Assembly (NCBI RefSeq): GCF_009914755.1
Contig: NC_060932.1
Direction: 5' to 3' (one strand)
Length of the DNA stretch: 64,000 nt
From: the human T2T-CHM13v2.0 reference genome, Homo sapiens
Position numbers and translations under genes: made by a program. Shown here piece by piece: positions 15,055-27,240 of this stretch. Each line of letters starts with the position of its first letter. Position 1 is the first letter of the stretch. A model generated the notes under the pieces. That model searched no databases, was not told where the DNA came from, and saw only the letters and a list, made by a program, of their open reading frames with translations.

Positions 15055-15458
15055 AGGTTGCACGTGTTCAGGAACTGCTCTTTTGTGTGTTTGGTTCTGG
15101 TTTCCTTACTGATGTCCACTTCAGGCAAAGTGATTTGAGGCTAATGCTCCATCCCTGCCAGTGCCCTCTGTGGCCTACCGCTCTCCTCTCAGGGCTGGCT
15201 CCTGACGGTCCCAGAGCTGCAGGACGCTAAACGCGAAAGTCAAGACATGCTATATGAGGGAAACCTTATTCTCCACCCCCTGAGGTTTTCTTTCATGTGG
15301 AGGAAGATCCATTAATGTAACATCACTGCCCTCTCCCCACCTCTCCTTCCATTTCAACTTATTCCCTGACCAGGGAAGAGATATGGCTTCACTGGACTCA
15401 TGTTTGGAAGGAAAATTCCGATTTATAATCTAGCTTATTTTTTCCCCTTTCCCTAGAG

Positions 15459-15685
15459 CGGTGGTTCTCAAGGTGTGGACTTTGAATCAGCACATCAGCA
15501 CCACCTGGAGCTTGTTAGAAATACAAATTATTGGGCCCAAACAGACCTGCCAAATCAGAAACTTGGGAGTGTGGTGGAGAGTGAGGCCCTGCAATCTGTG
15601 ATTTAAATACTCCCTCTGGGTGGATTCTAAGACACTGGTTCTCAAACATTAGAGAGCATCAGAATCACTCCTGCAGTTTCTGATT
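15459..15685. mobile_element. MER5A with an adjoining second MER5-type start
   Basis: gtggttctcaaggtgtgg...cacctggagcttgttagaaatacaaatt; second ctggttctcaaac at about 15635. Confidence 0.8.
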
Positions 15686-16284
15686 CTAGAGAAAGGCCTG
15701 CTGTTCTTCAGAAAACGTGCATTATTCAGTATTTTTTGAGGTAAGGTTTTGCTTTCCTTGGGCGTAAAGTTATATAAAAGCAAAGCCTACTAACTCTTCC
15801 TATAGGAAACACATATATTTACCTGAAAAATTAAATGTTAAATCAAACTAATGCAACATATAAACATGCACTTGCAAGAATAACAAAATATAATTTGTGA
15901 GGAAAATTACATAGCTGTTGAGGAGTAAGATTACTCCTTCTGACCTAGCTAAAAGTTGTAACCAAGAAGGAATGGGCTGCTTATTTTGAAAAATAACAAA
16001 GAACTTCTCACTTCTTTAGGGGAAAGAATTTTTATGGATAACGTTAAATTTAAATGCCATGGCCAGGAAGAGACTCATTTCTGAATTTATTCTTCATCTT
16101 TCAATCGGCTGTGATTCTTTATTTACTGTAGAAGACACCACAACCCAGATAAAGTCTACCGGGGTGTTGGTCAAAAAGGAGTCCTGAAAAATGTACCTAG
16201 CCAGGCCCTACTTGTGCAGCATGAAGAGTAACTCATAAAATGAGAGGCTTGGCGCCTTCCAGCAAATGTGCCTCCAGAAAATAT

Positions 16285-16610
16285 TTAATTCATTTATTCA
16301 AACACACTTTCATTAAACAATTCTGGACACTTTTTTTGAACACCTACTCTGTGCCAAACTCTGAGGCTAGAAACATGACAATTTATAAGAAGAAATTTGG
16401 CTCTATATGTGAAAGCATTCGTCAATACATTTTATTGGCAATAACGTGTGTGAGACTGACAAAATGCTTTCCACTCAGTTTTCCCAGAACCTGATAAGAT
16501 AGGCATCACTTCACCTTTTATGGATGGGGAACCTGAATGAGGCCTAGGTCAAAAGGGCAAATCAAGGCCTCCTGTGCCGGGGTCCTGTTCCCAGACCCTA
16601 CCCCCATTGT
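16285..16610 (-). mobile_element. L2 and MIR fragments
   Basis: ttcatttattcaaac...gaacacctactctgtgcca; ttttatggatggggaacctga. Confidence 0.55.
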
Positions 16611-16669
16611 TCTTCCATCACAACATGCTCGGCTCCTCACACAGGGTGGTCTTGGCTCCCTCTTTGATG

Positions 16670-17068
16670 TAAACTGTGGATATGAACTTATTTGGAAAAA
16701 ATGTCTTTGCAGATGTAAGTAAGTTAAGAATCTTGAAATGAGATCACTCTGAATTATCCAGGGGAGCTTTAAACTAATGACAAATGCCTTTAAGAAGAAG
16801 AGAAGACACAGAGGGAGGCAACCACGTAAGGATGGAGGCAGAGACTGGAGTGACACTGCCACGAGCTGAGGAACACCCGGAGCTGCCAGAAAAAGAAGAG
16901 GCAAGGAGGAGGCTTCCTCTAGAGCTTGAGGAGAGAATGTGGCCCTGCAACATCTGGATTTCCAACTTCTGGCCTCCTGAGTTGCAAGAAAATACATTTC
17001 TGTTGTTTTAAGACGCTATGTTTGTGGCCATTTTGTGATGGCAGGCCCTGAATTAGGATACTAATTCA
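16670..17068 (+). mobile_element. MLT1C-like solo LTR
   Basis: ttatttggaaaaaatgtctttgcagatgtaa...ggaggcagagactggagtga...aacttctggcctcctgagttgcaagaaaatacatttctgttgttttaag. Confidence 0.85.
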
Positions 17069-19074
17069 GTAGTCATCAATTCATTTCTGAAATTACTCTC
17101 CTTGGCAATTCTAAGCTGTGTTTGTCACCTTTCTTTAATCCTAATCTCCTGAGAGCAAGGACTCTGCTTTAGATTGGACCCTGCTCTGTTCAAATGCCTG
17201 CCAGTGAAGCATCCTTGAAAAAAAGATTGAAATAATGGAGTAAATTTTGGTGTTCTCAATGGACATGCAATTATTCCCAAAAGATGAAAAAAGGAAAGAC
17301 GCAAACATTTATTTAGCTTTTTGAGTTTATTTTACATTTGTAATTGATTTTATTCTACAGTTAACTTTTAAGGTCACTAGGTATTTCTTTAATCTAATTA
17401 TGCTATTTTCTTATAGAAGGAAAATATGTGAAAGCTGCAGAACAAGCAAAGTGCTCTACCCTGTGCTGGTCTTTCCCCATGCGATGGTTACATCCTTGGG
17501 TGGCATTAAGCTCCAGGCGCATTACCCTACTCCCTGCAAGTGCTCAGCTCCTGCAGCTGTAACCACTGATCCTATGCCTACTTTCAAAGACTTGAATCAT
17601 GGTCTCTTTCCTTTCAGGAAGGTTAGCTGAGAAATACAGCTCTGTGCAAAGCCTCCTAGTGGATCATACTTGCAAACAATTCTTTTCATAATCTTTTATT
17701 TATTCACTATAAAGTGAAAGAGAAGCAAAACCAAGTAATTTTCTAAATACCTTATGGACAGTGTACTGCACTATATAATTACAAATTAATTATAATGAGT
17801 GGATTCAGGTGATATTTTAATCGCATCTTTAGCTAGCCAATGTTGGAAGCACGTGTTGGAGATTTAAAACCTAAAAGCAAATTTACAAGTTGCCACAATC
17901 CTTGCTTCACACACTGCCACTCATACATGCTGGTGATCCAACTTCTGAGCTTGATTTGCAGAGAAAGAAACAAAAAACTATAACGAGTGGATGGCTCTTG
18001 TTCTTTAGAACTGAGAAAAAACTGTATGTAAATCACATAGGACAGGCTTTACTATTTCTTCTATAAAAATATATTGAGACATAGAACAAAAATAGTAAGT
18101 GGACAGTGCATCTAGATATTTTAAAATAGAATGACATGTGGTCTCACAATCTGAGGGTGGTTTCTTCACAGCTCATTTAGATACAATTTTGCTTGAAATA
18201 AAACTGGAAATATGACTCTCCACTGAGTGTTTTTAAAGCATCCATGTTGCTGGTGGAAATTCCTCAGGACTTTACATGAATAGTTTACTTTTGAGGTGTT
18301 TCAGACAGTAATCTCACCTTATTTTTCTTGCGCTTTTAGGAAATTCAGAAGTTTCTTGAGACTGGATAAAGAAAAAATAGAAAAAAAGTTTTGCTCTTTT
18401 ATCTCTGCCTGAAACTTCTGAATCAAAGCTACTTGGCTAGCCATAAATTCTGAGTAGCCTCTCTCGTAAGGATTGCCAAGTGTGCGTTGTAACAACCAAG
18501 ATGATAATGAATCATCATTTCTTTCTGTCATCTTGAGTTGATGAGAGTTTTCTTAGCTTTCTTTTAAGTGCCTTCTGATACACTTGATAAAATTGTTCAA
18601 CACTATAGAAGCTACATTAGTTATTTCTGTGGGTGAGGCAGAGCCATTCGTTGCCAGATAGCAAGATGGTAGGAGTGTAGAAAGCAGCTTACTCTTTATA
18701 ATGCAGGGGCAGAAATCAATTCCAGGGCCCAAGATATGGGATCTAAATAGAGTTTCTCTTCATATTTGAATATATTATCACTCACATTGAAGCTATTTGT
18801 GGTGTAGAAAGATCATGAATAACAAATTGTATTCTACCTTGCATTTCAAGGAAAACTACCTGCTGGGTCTTAGTTGGGATTCAATTCAACTCTTTCAAAG
18901 TTATAAGCATTAAAAGGTGATTATGTTTTCAGGAGCAGCCTAGTGGGATGGAGAAACATTTTCAAAAACTAAATATCAAGTAGAATGTGTCAAGTGCTTT
19001 TATTAGAAATAAACTGGATGAGAAGGAGACAGTGTGGTAGGCAAGATTAATTTCAACTGGATGGCTCAAGAAAG

Positions 19075-20365
19075 ACAAAAATCAACTGAAAATAGATGAA
19101 AGACTTAATATAATACTTGAAACTATAAAAATACCAGAAGAAAACGTAAGGGAAAAATTCCATGGTCTAGACAATGAATTTTGGTATATGACCCCCAAAA
19201 CACAGGCAACAAAAGCAAAAATAGACAAATGGAATTACATTAAACTAAAAAGCTCATGCACAGCAAAAGAAACAATTAGCAGAACAAATTGACAGCCCAC
19301 AGAGTGGGAGAAAATACTTCAAACTATCTATTCAATAAGGGAGTTAATATTAAAAATATATAAGGAACTCAAACAACTCAATATCAAGAAAAAAATCTGA
19401 TTAAAACATGGGCAAAGTACCCAAATAGACATTTCTCAAAAAGAAACGTACAAATGGTCAACAGGTTCATGAACAGATGCGCAATATCACCAATCATTAG
19501 AAAAATGCAAATTAAAACCACAGTGAGATATCACCTCACATCTGTTAGAATGGCAATTGTCAAAAAGATGAAAGAAAACAAGGTAAAAGATTGGCAAGGA
19601 TGTGGAGAAAGGGGAACCCTTGTACACTATTGGTGGGAATGTAAATTAATACAGCCAGTATGGAAAACAGTATGGAGGTTCCTCAGAAAACTAAAAATAG
19701 AACTACCATGTGATCTAGCAGTCCCACTGCTGGATGTATTATCCCAAAGAATGGAAATCAATCTATGAAAGAACTCCCATGGTTATTGAAGCATTATTCA
19801 TAATAACCGAGATGTGTAATCAACCTAAGCATACATCAACAAACGAATGGATAAAGAAAATGTGGTATATATACACAATGGAATACTACTCAGGCATTAA
19901 AAAGAAGAAAATTCTGTCATTTATGCCAACATGCGTGAACCGAGAGGACATTATGCTAAGTGAAATAAGTCAGGCACAGAATGACAAATATTACATAATC
20001 TCACTTATACGTGAAATCCAAAAAAGTTGAACTCCTAAAAGTAAAAAGTTGAGTGGTGGCTACCAGAGGCTGGACTGGGGAGAAAAGGGATCAGCAGGTA
20101 CAAAGTTTCAGTCAGACAGGAGAAACAAATTTTTGAGAAATATTGCACAGTGAGGTGACTGCAGTTAATAAAGCTTCACTGTATATTCCAAAATAGCTAA
20201 GAGAGTAAATTTCAAATAAGTAACCACAAAAGGTGATAAGTAAGTGAGGTGATGGACATGTGAATTAGCTTGATTTAATCATTCCACATTGTTGACCTAT
20301 ATCAATATATCAGTCATAGCTCATAAATGTATACAATTAATACCGATTAAAATAATGATAATTTT
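19075..20365 (+). mobile_element. L1MA-type 3' fragment (ORF2 C-terminus plus 3' UTR)
   Basis: ORFs 19454..19768 and 19734..20030 translate to L1 ORF2 (MQIKTTVRYHLT, WIKKMWYIYTMEYY); frameshifted. Confidence 0.92.
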
Positions 20366-23239
20366 GAAAAGGCTTTATGAAGGAGGTGATATTTGAGTTG
20401 TAGCACGGAAGAATACTTAGGATTTTTGTAGGCAAAACTGACAAGGCAGGCACCACAAAATGGGCTAATGATTGCAATAAAACCAAGAGAAGAGACAGCA
20501 TTTCTAGACTTGGAGAAATATTTTTATTCTTTTGTAACTTGAGGAAAAATCATGTGTATATAGACCAGCTCCAAAGCCTCAGGGATGTCCAAGAACTGAC
20601 CTCAATCTTTCACAGTCCGCAGGACGAGGCACTGTTTGTAAATTCATTACATGAGCCACGTCTCTGAGCGAACGATTCTGTTGGCTTTGTATTTTTCAGA
20701 CTGTTGGCAGTTATAGTACTTCTCTATACCTGTGGAATTTCGGTTCAACTCTCAAAAGACCTATCGGATATGACACTGACGTGAGCCAGAAATGTCATAG
20801 AGTTTTCTAAGAAATACGGACTTTTCCAAATTGAGGAAATCATTTTCAGAGGACACTTGGAACCATGACTTTAATTTGTATAACCCAAAATGCTATTTTT
20901 AGTGAGGAGGAAGCAGCACTCTAAAATGCCAACGTTATTAATTGTGAAAAAGTTGAGGTCATTTTTTCATATATTTAGAGATGGGCAAATTCTTTGAAAT
21001 GCCATTTTATTTTTCCTTTTACTATTTACCAGATGTTGTGAAGAATTTTACAATTATTGTTTTAAATTCATTTAAACAGAAAATGCTTGTTTATTGAACT
21101 CTGTAGTGAGATGCCTTTTATTTATTTGCTTGAAAATATTTTCAAGGAAGCATTAACTTGGAAGGCAGTTTGGGCTCATAAGGGAAGCTGAAGGCAGGAA
21201 ACCAGACACGTGGTCCTATTGTCCTGTGACTTTGGGTAAGGAATATCACCTCCTTGTACTTCAGTTCTTGCCATTATTTTTTTTAATAATAGAGAGGGTA
21301 TTAAATTATATCTATCACTTGTTATCTCACAGAGGTGAAATGAGAATATAAGAAGATAGATAAATAAGACTGTTTAGATAAAAATACTTCGATTATTTTA
21401 ATAGCCCTTTAGTAAATTCTTGTTGACTCTGCTAAGAATTCATAAAGTTATATAGGGGAGTCCACTAATAAATACATGGTTTATCCTGAGCCTTAGCTTT
21501 AGTGTCTGATGTGATGTAGATTTTTGATAAGTTTAAAAATGAGAAATTTGTGCAAGAAACTTATACTCTTCACTCTGGCTAGAAATCAGCTTGCTTTAGG
21601 CTTAAATCCATAAAACATAATCAGAGTTTTTATGAGGAACACTTACTAAAGTCATTAAATAAAGGTCAGAATATCAATATAATGCTCCATTTTTTTAAAA
21701 AAAGGATTGCGAGTTAGCCGATGGATGCGAGTTATAAATTCTCCTGCAGATTTATTTACATTCTGAGTGTCTCCACAGTTCTGTGTGCCATAATTCCATA
21801 TTTATACTCCACATGTCTTTGGCACATCAGATAAATATATTTTATTGTGTTATTCTGCTTCTGACATATGACTATTTCTTTATTCCTCTCTAAAACCTCT
21901 TTTTTTTTTTCCTGATTCTGGTTTCTTACGTTTGAACTACCTGTACTCTTCTCAAAAATACTCTTAGTATTTCATAACTGTCATTTTATGAGTCATCATA
22001 GTGCATGCATGAGATGTTATAAAATTTTATATTACCTGCTTCTGGTAGAAAAAATAGAGCCAAGGAGAGGTTGTGTTAGGAATTACCATAGAGACAATGC
22101 AGCCAAGATTTCAGGGTGCTTTTACCTGACCAAAAAGTGTGCTCACATCTCCCCGTCAGCAGACCTTCCAAAGTTCTTGATTGAGTCATTTTATAAACCT
22201 TGATTCTTTATAAGATTTTATACTAACTCACACAGGTGGATATTTAAGATTTATGGAAGAACTATGACACAACTCTATGAAATGAAAGTAAACATATCAA
22301 TAAAACATGAAAAAAGTTTTATTTCACAATACATAAATAACGGTTGATTTTAAACCAAACTGTACCATGTATGTAAATCGAGTCAATTATTTAGTTGTCA
22401 TATGCTGTATTTCTTACAGGTTCCATCTGATGCATTGATTCCAAGGGAGGGGATTTCTAGCTCAGATTGAAGTGTTGAAGGGGCACAGCTAACAGGGACA
22501 GGTAGAGGTCCTATTTTGTAGCAGAGTATGATTATTCCACTTACTCAGGGTGTATTATAAATTAAAGGAATTCGAAAATAATTTTCCTAAAACATGTTTA
22601 TTCACTTTGCATATTTTTCTTTCCTATTATTTTCCCACTTAAATTTACACAGACTGGTCTACATGTTCCAACAGTACTCCATGGTGCAGACATGCACACC
22701 CTTTTAGTACTTCTCTTTGCAGCAAAGCCTCTTAACCTGTGGCCCCTGGGCCCTGAGTGGCTCAAGGATGGTTTTCAGCAGCTCTAGTCACTCCCTGGAG
22801 TTGTGTGGAAAATTTTGTGGGTAGCACATATGTGCATTCTTCTGCACAGAGTAACTTTCATTAGAAGACCTGAAATACATTCCTCCAAAATAAAGAACAC
22901 CTATTTATCTGTTCCTTTCATTTAAACATCTGAGGACACACAGATCTCATTTATGAGCCCTGATTCCTGCAACATACACAAAACAGATTTCTATGAGAAA
23001 AATCAATGATAGCAGTGATTAAATCAAACACATTTTTGTTTAAATGCTAGATTTATTTGAGATATAATTGATGAAATAGCTATAACTACAGTCCCATTTC
23101 ACTTGAGGTTCTTGAAGTGAAGAACTCCATAATTTTACCATGAATACCCAGTGATTTTAAATGCCCAATAGACAATAGAAGTGGGTAGAGCAAAAGGAAA
23201 ATAAGAATTTTAGGGAGCAAAATATTGGGTACCTTAGGC

Positions 23240-23752
23240 CAGGGGTCCCCAATCCCTGGGCCATGGACCAGTACCAGGTCACACAGCAGGAGGTGAGTGG
23301 CAGGTAAGCCAGTGAAGCTTCATCTGTATTTACAGCCACTCCCTACTGTTCGCATTACTGCCTGAGCTACACCGCCTGTCAGATCAGCAGTGGCAATAGA
23401 TTCTCATAGGAGTGTGAACCTTACTGTGAAACTGCGCATGCGAGGGATCTAGTTTGCATGCTTCTTATGAGAATCTAATGCCTGACGATCTGTCATTGTG
23501 TCTCATCTCCCCCAGACAGGACTGTCTGGTTGCAGGAAAACAGGCTTAGAGGTCCCATTGATTCTACCTTATGGTGAGTTGTATAATTAATTCATTACAT
23601 ATTACAATGTAATAATAATAGAAATAAAGTGCACAATAAATGTAATGTGCTTGAATCATCCCCAAAGCATCCCCCTCTCCCTACCCCCAGTCTGTGGAAA
23701 AGTTGTCTTCCACGAAACCAGTCCCTGGTGCCAAAAAGGTTAGGGACTGCTG
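23240..23752 (+). mobile_element. MER1A (Charlie3-derived non-autonomous DNA transposon)
   Basis: Terminal inverted repeats caggggtccccaa...ttagggactgctg; degenerate 8-bp TSD ccttaggc / ccttggat. Confidence 0.9.
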
Positions 23753-24159
23753 CCTTGGATGCATTGACCTTTGCACTCTCCATGTGTGCTCTAATTTAAT
23801 GGGGATGTCCTAGTGCAAAGGCAGCCAACTGCTCTTCAGAAGGTGGAGGATGCTTTCTGCCTCCCTCGGCCCCTGTAGGTGTCTAGTTTGGGATGTTTAA
23901 TACAGAGACTCTTTCCCAGGGCTTGGTTATTCGGTGATTATGAAAGTGAGCACAAATATTATATCAACACTCTGCAGAGTGTTAAGAATATTCACAAGTT
24001 TTTATTAAAAATATAGGACATAAGAACAGTGGCTCTAACTCTGGAGATCAGAATTACTTCATTTAGTGTGTCTGTAAAGCTGCTATACTTGTTTTCTACA
24101 GGAAAGACATGATGCCTTCTTTTTCTTTCAATTTTGCTAACATTGTTATAACAGTTAAT

Positions 24160-24320
24160 AGATTACACCATTTAATTCTTACAACACCCCTATCTGGTAG
24201 ATGTGATTGTGTAAGTGTGGAACAAAGGTGGAAACAGATTAGTGAACTTGAGTCACGTGTGCAAGATCAAGGTAGGAGCCACAGCCACAGCATGTGGCCT
24301 TGGAACTACACCTGATGGTT
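24160..24320 (-). mobile_element. MIR fragment
   Basis: catttaattcttacaacacccctat...gtagatg...ggaaacag. Confidence 0.55.
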
Positions 24321-24736
24321 ACAACACATCTCCAGTGGTACAGATTTGGGTTGTAGTTCTGTCACAGAATTTTTTGGAGGCTTCCAATCTTGCCTTTCAA
24401 CTGAGGCTCCAGTCTCTGACCTCTTCAGTCATGTTCTCAAACTTGCACACATAGGCAATGCTGTGGAAATGAGCTCCTGAAAGAAAGCTTAATCAAAGAA
24501 TGGAATTTTACCACTAACTTTATCATCTTAGGCAAAATTTGTGATGTGTGTTTGGTTTTGTCACCTGGAAGTTGAGGGAAGTATCTAGGGGCTCTTCCCA
24601 TTCTTCCCATGATCAATGTTGAACAAAGTATGAAGAGAGGAATGCATATCTGGCTCTCTTTCCCTCATCCCACTAGATTACTCTGTCTTCACAAGGTATA
24701 TTTCTTAAATTAACATTTTAGTTTTAGTTCTGTGTA

Positions 24737-25072
24737 CAGTCATGTGTCATTAACAACTGGGATACTTTCTGAAAAATTTATCATCAGGAGATTTCATCAT
24801 TGTGCAAACATCACAGAGTGCACTTCCACAAACCCAGATGGTACACCTACCACACACCTGAGCTATACAGTACAGCTTATTGCTCCTAGGCTACACACCT
24901 GTACAGCATGTTACTCTACTGAATATTGTAGGCAATTATAACACAATGGTGAGTATTTGTGTATCTAAGCATAAAAAAGTACAGTAAAAATATGTCATTA
25001 TATTCTTATGGAACCATCATCATGTAAGTGTGGTTCTTTGTGGACTGAAACGTGTTATGTGGCACATAACTG
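24737..25072. mobile_element. Tigger3a/MER7A-type Tc-mariner MITE
   Basis: Ends cagtcatgtg...cacataactg flanked by TA on both sides; internal ttgtgcaaacatcacagagtg. Confidence 0.88.
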
Positions 25073-25513
25073 TACATGCATCCCATTGTATTAAGTTCTA
25101 TGACTTTATGTTACAGAATAGCTGATTGCCTGTTCTTACGGAAGCTTTTTGTCCTCAGGGAATACAGACATTTACAGAGCAGAGAAGGGATTCCTACCTT
25201 TCCTTCCCCTCTCCGTGCTTAGAAAGTGTCATGTTTTTCTGGGTGAAGAAGATACATTTTACTCATGTTAGACATAGATTTTTAACCTCAATCATCAAAT
25301 GACCATTTTAAGGTCTCATATTTCTAATTGAATTGATTTTATTGGCCAGGTAAAATAGGGCTAATAATAGTTAAAATAATGAGTGATTATCATATGCTTG
25401 TCACAAAGATAAGATCTTTATGTATGTTATTTAATCTGTACAGCAATGTCTAGGTCACAATAATGGGACCAGGTATGTGCCATTACCTTTTTTATTTTAT
25501 AGATAAGGGCATT

Positions 25514-25895
25514 TTGTTAGTGTGCTAGGGCTGCCATAATGAAGTACCACACACAGCGTGGCTTAAACAACAGACGTTTATTGGCTCACAGTTCTAGAGG
25601 CTGGAAGTCCAAGGGCAAGGTGCCCGCAGGTTGGTTTCTTCTGAGGGTTGTGAGGGAGAGTCTGCTCTAGGCCTCTTTCAGGTGTCTTTGTACCGCCTCC
25701 CTCCGTACTTATCTGTGTCCAAACTTCCTCCTCTCATGAGGACAACAGTCATACTGGATTAGGACCCACTCAAACAAGTTCATTTTAATTCAATTGCCTC
25801 TTTAAAGACCTTATCTCCAAATCCAATTACATTCTGAGACACTGAGGGTTGGAACTTCAATATATGAAATTTTGAGGGGCCACTTCAGCCCACAG
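25514..25895 (-). mobile_element. MLT1A/B solo LTR nested in a MIR
   Basis: ctagggctgccataatgaagtaccac...ggcttaaacaacag...ctcacagttctagaggctggaagtccaag; MIR-like flanks at about 25400-25510 and 25900-25990. Confidence 0.85.
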
Positions 25896-26302
25896 CAGGT
25901 ACTGAATGCCAGAGAGTTTTAATAACCTTAAAGTCTCACAGCTGGGGTGTGGCCAAAAATTAGATCTGCCACAATGGCTGTGCATGATCCTATTTTTCTC
26001 TACCCTGTGGTTTTATTTAACTGGTTGGAAATCTATGGAGAGAAACAGGAGAGAACACAAGAAGTGAACTTGATGTTTATATAGAGTTTACTAGCAATGG
26101 AGGGTGAACTGAAAGACGTTTGGTGCACAGTGAGTAATTCTCATCCCTGCCTACGCCTGCTTAAAGCTGATCAGATTAAAGAGATCTCTGTCCATCAGGA
26201 GCTACCTGACACCCAGGTGATGTGCAGAGCCTTATTCAAGCTGGATGGAGCTTTCCAATTCGCTCTTCCTCAGATCTTCGTTGGACACCTACTCTGTCAT
26301 GC

Positions 26303-26679
26303 TGTCGTAGTCTGTTTTGTGCTGCTATAACAGAATACCACAGATGGGCAATTTATAAACAACAGAAGTTTATTTGGTTCTGGAGCCTGGGAAGTCTAGG
26401 ATTGAGAAGCTCACATCTGGCAAGGAACTTCTAGCTGCATCATAACATGGAGGAAGGCATCCTATGGTGAGAAAGCATGCCAGAGATCTGAATGTGCTTT
26501 CATGACAAACCCACCCTTGAGTTAAAGAAGCCACTCCCACAATAACAACATTAATCCATTCAGGAAGGCAGAGCATTCATGACATATTCACCTCTTAAAG
26601 GACCCACCTCTCAGCACTTTTGCATCAGAGGTTACGTTTTCAACACATGATCACTGGGGGACACACTCAAACGACAGCA
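26303..26679 (-). mobile_element. MST-family solo LTR nested in L2
   Basis: TG...CA ends; gtgctgctataacagaataccacaga; TSD catgc / catgt. Confidence 0.85.
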
Positions 26680-27240
26680 CATGTCAAGACTGTTCCAAAC
26701 GGCAGAGACACAAGTCAATATGGGATGTCTCTGCTGCCTGCAGGGTGTTTGCATTTCGGTCGGGGAGGCAGGCAATACACCAACTGTACACAATGCTCTG
26801 TCAGTGGGGCAGAGTGCTAGACAGAGAACAGAAAATGGGATGAGGGGCAGGAAGTGATGAGAAACGTGAGGATCTGGGACAAGTGCTCCAGACAGAAGAA
26901 TAGCATGTAAAAAGGCTCCTGGGGGGATTAGGCTTGCCTGCCAGGGAATGCCAAGGAATGAGGTGAGTGGGGCACAGTGAACAAAGGTGGTGATAGAAGA
27001 CGGTTCAGGTGGTTGAGATCTACAAGGCCTTATAAGCCAAGGGAGGAGTTAGAATTTTATTCTGAGTGTAATGTGAGACCTTGGAAGAGCTGGTGTGTTC
27101 CTGTTGCGTGTGGGGGTTGGGGGGCAGGGAGGCATGCACTGTGTTTTGCATTTTGAAATGATTATTCTTGGAGCTCTGAGGAGAATAGACTGTGTGTTGG
27201 GGTGGGAAAGTGAAAACAGGGAGCCCACTTAGGGTCATTC
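26680..27240 (-). mobile_element. L2 fragment
   Basis: ccagacagaagaatagcatgtaaaaaggc...ttagaattttattctgagtgtaatg. Confidence 0.7.

Noticed and set aside
16518-16997. 159-aa ORF
   Set aside because: Lies across an MLT1C LTR and MIR; no domain resemblance.
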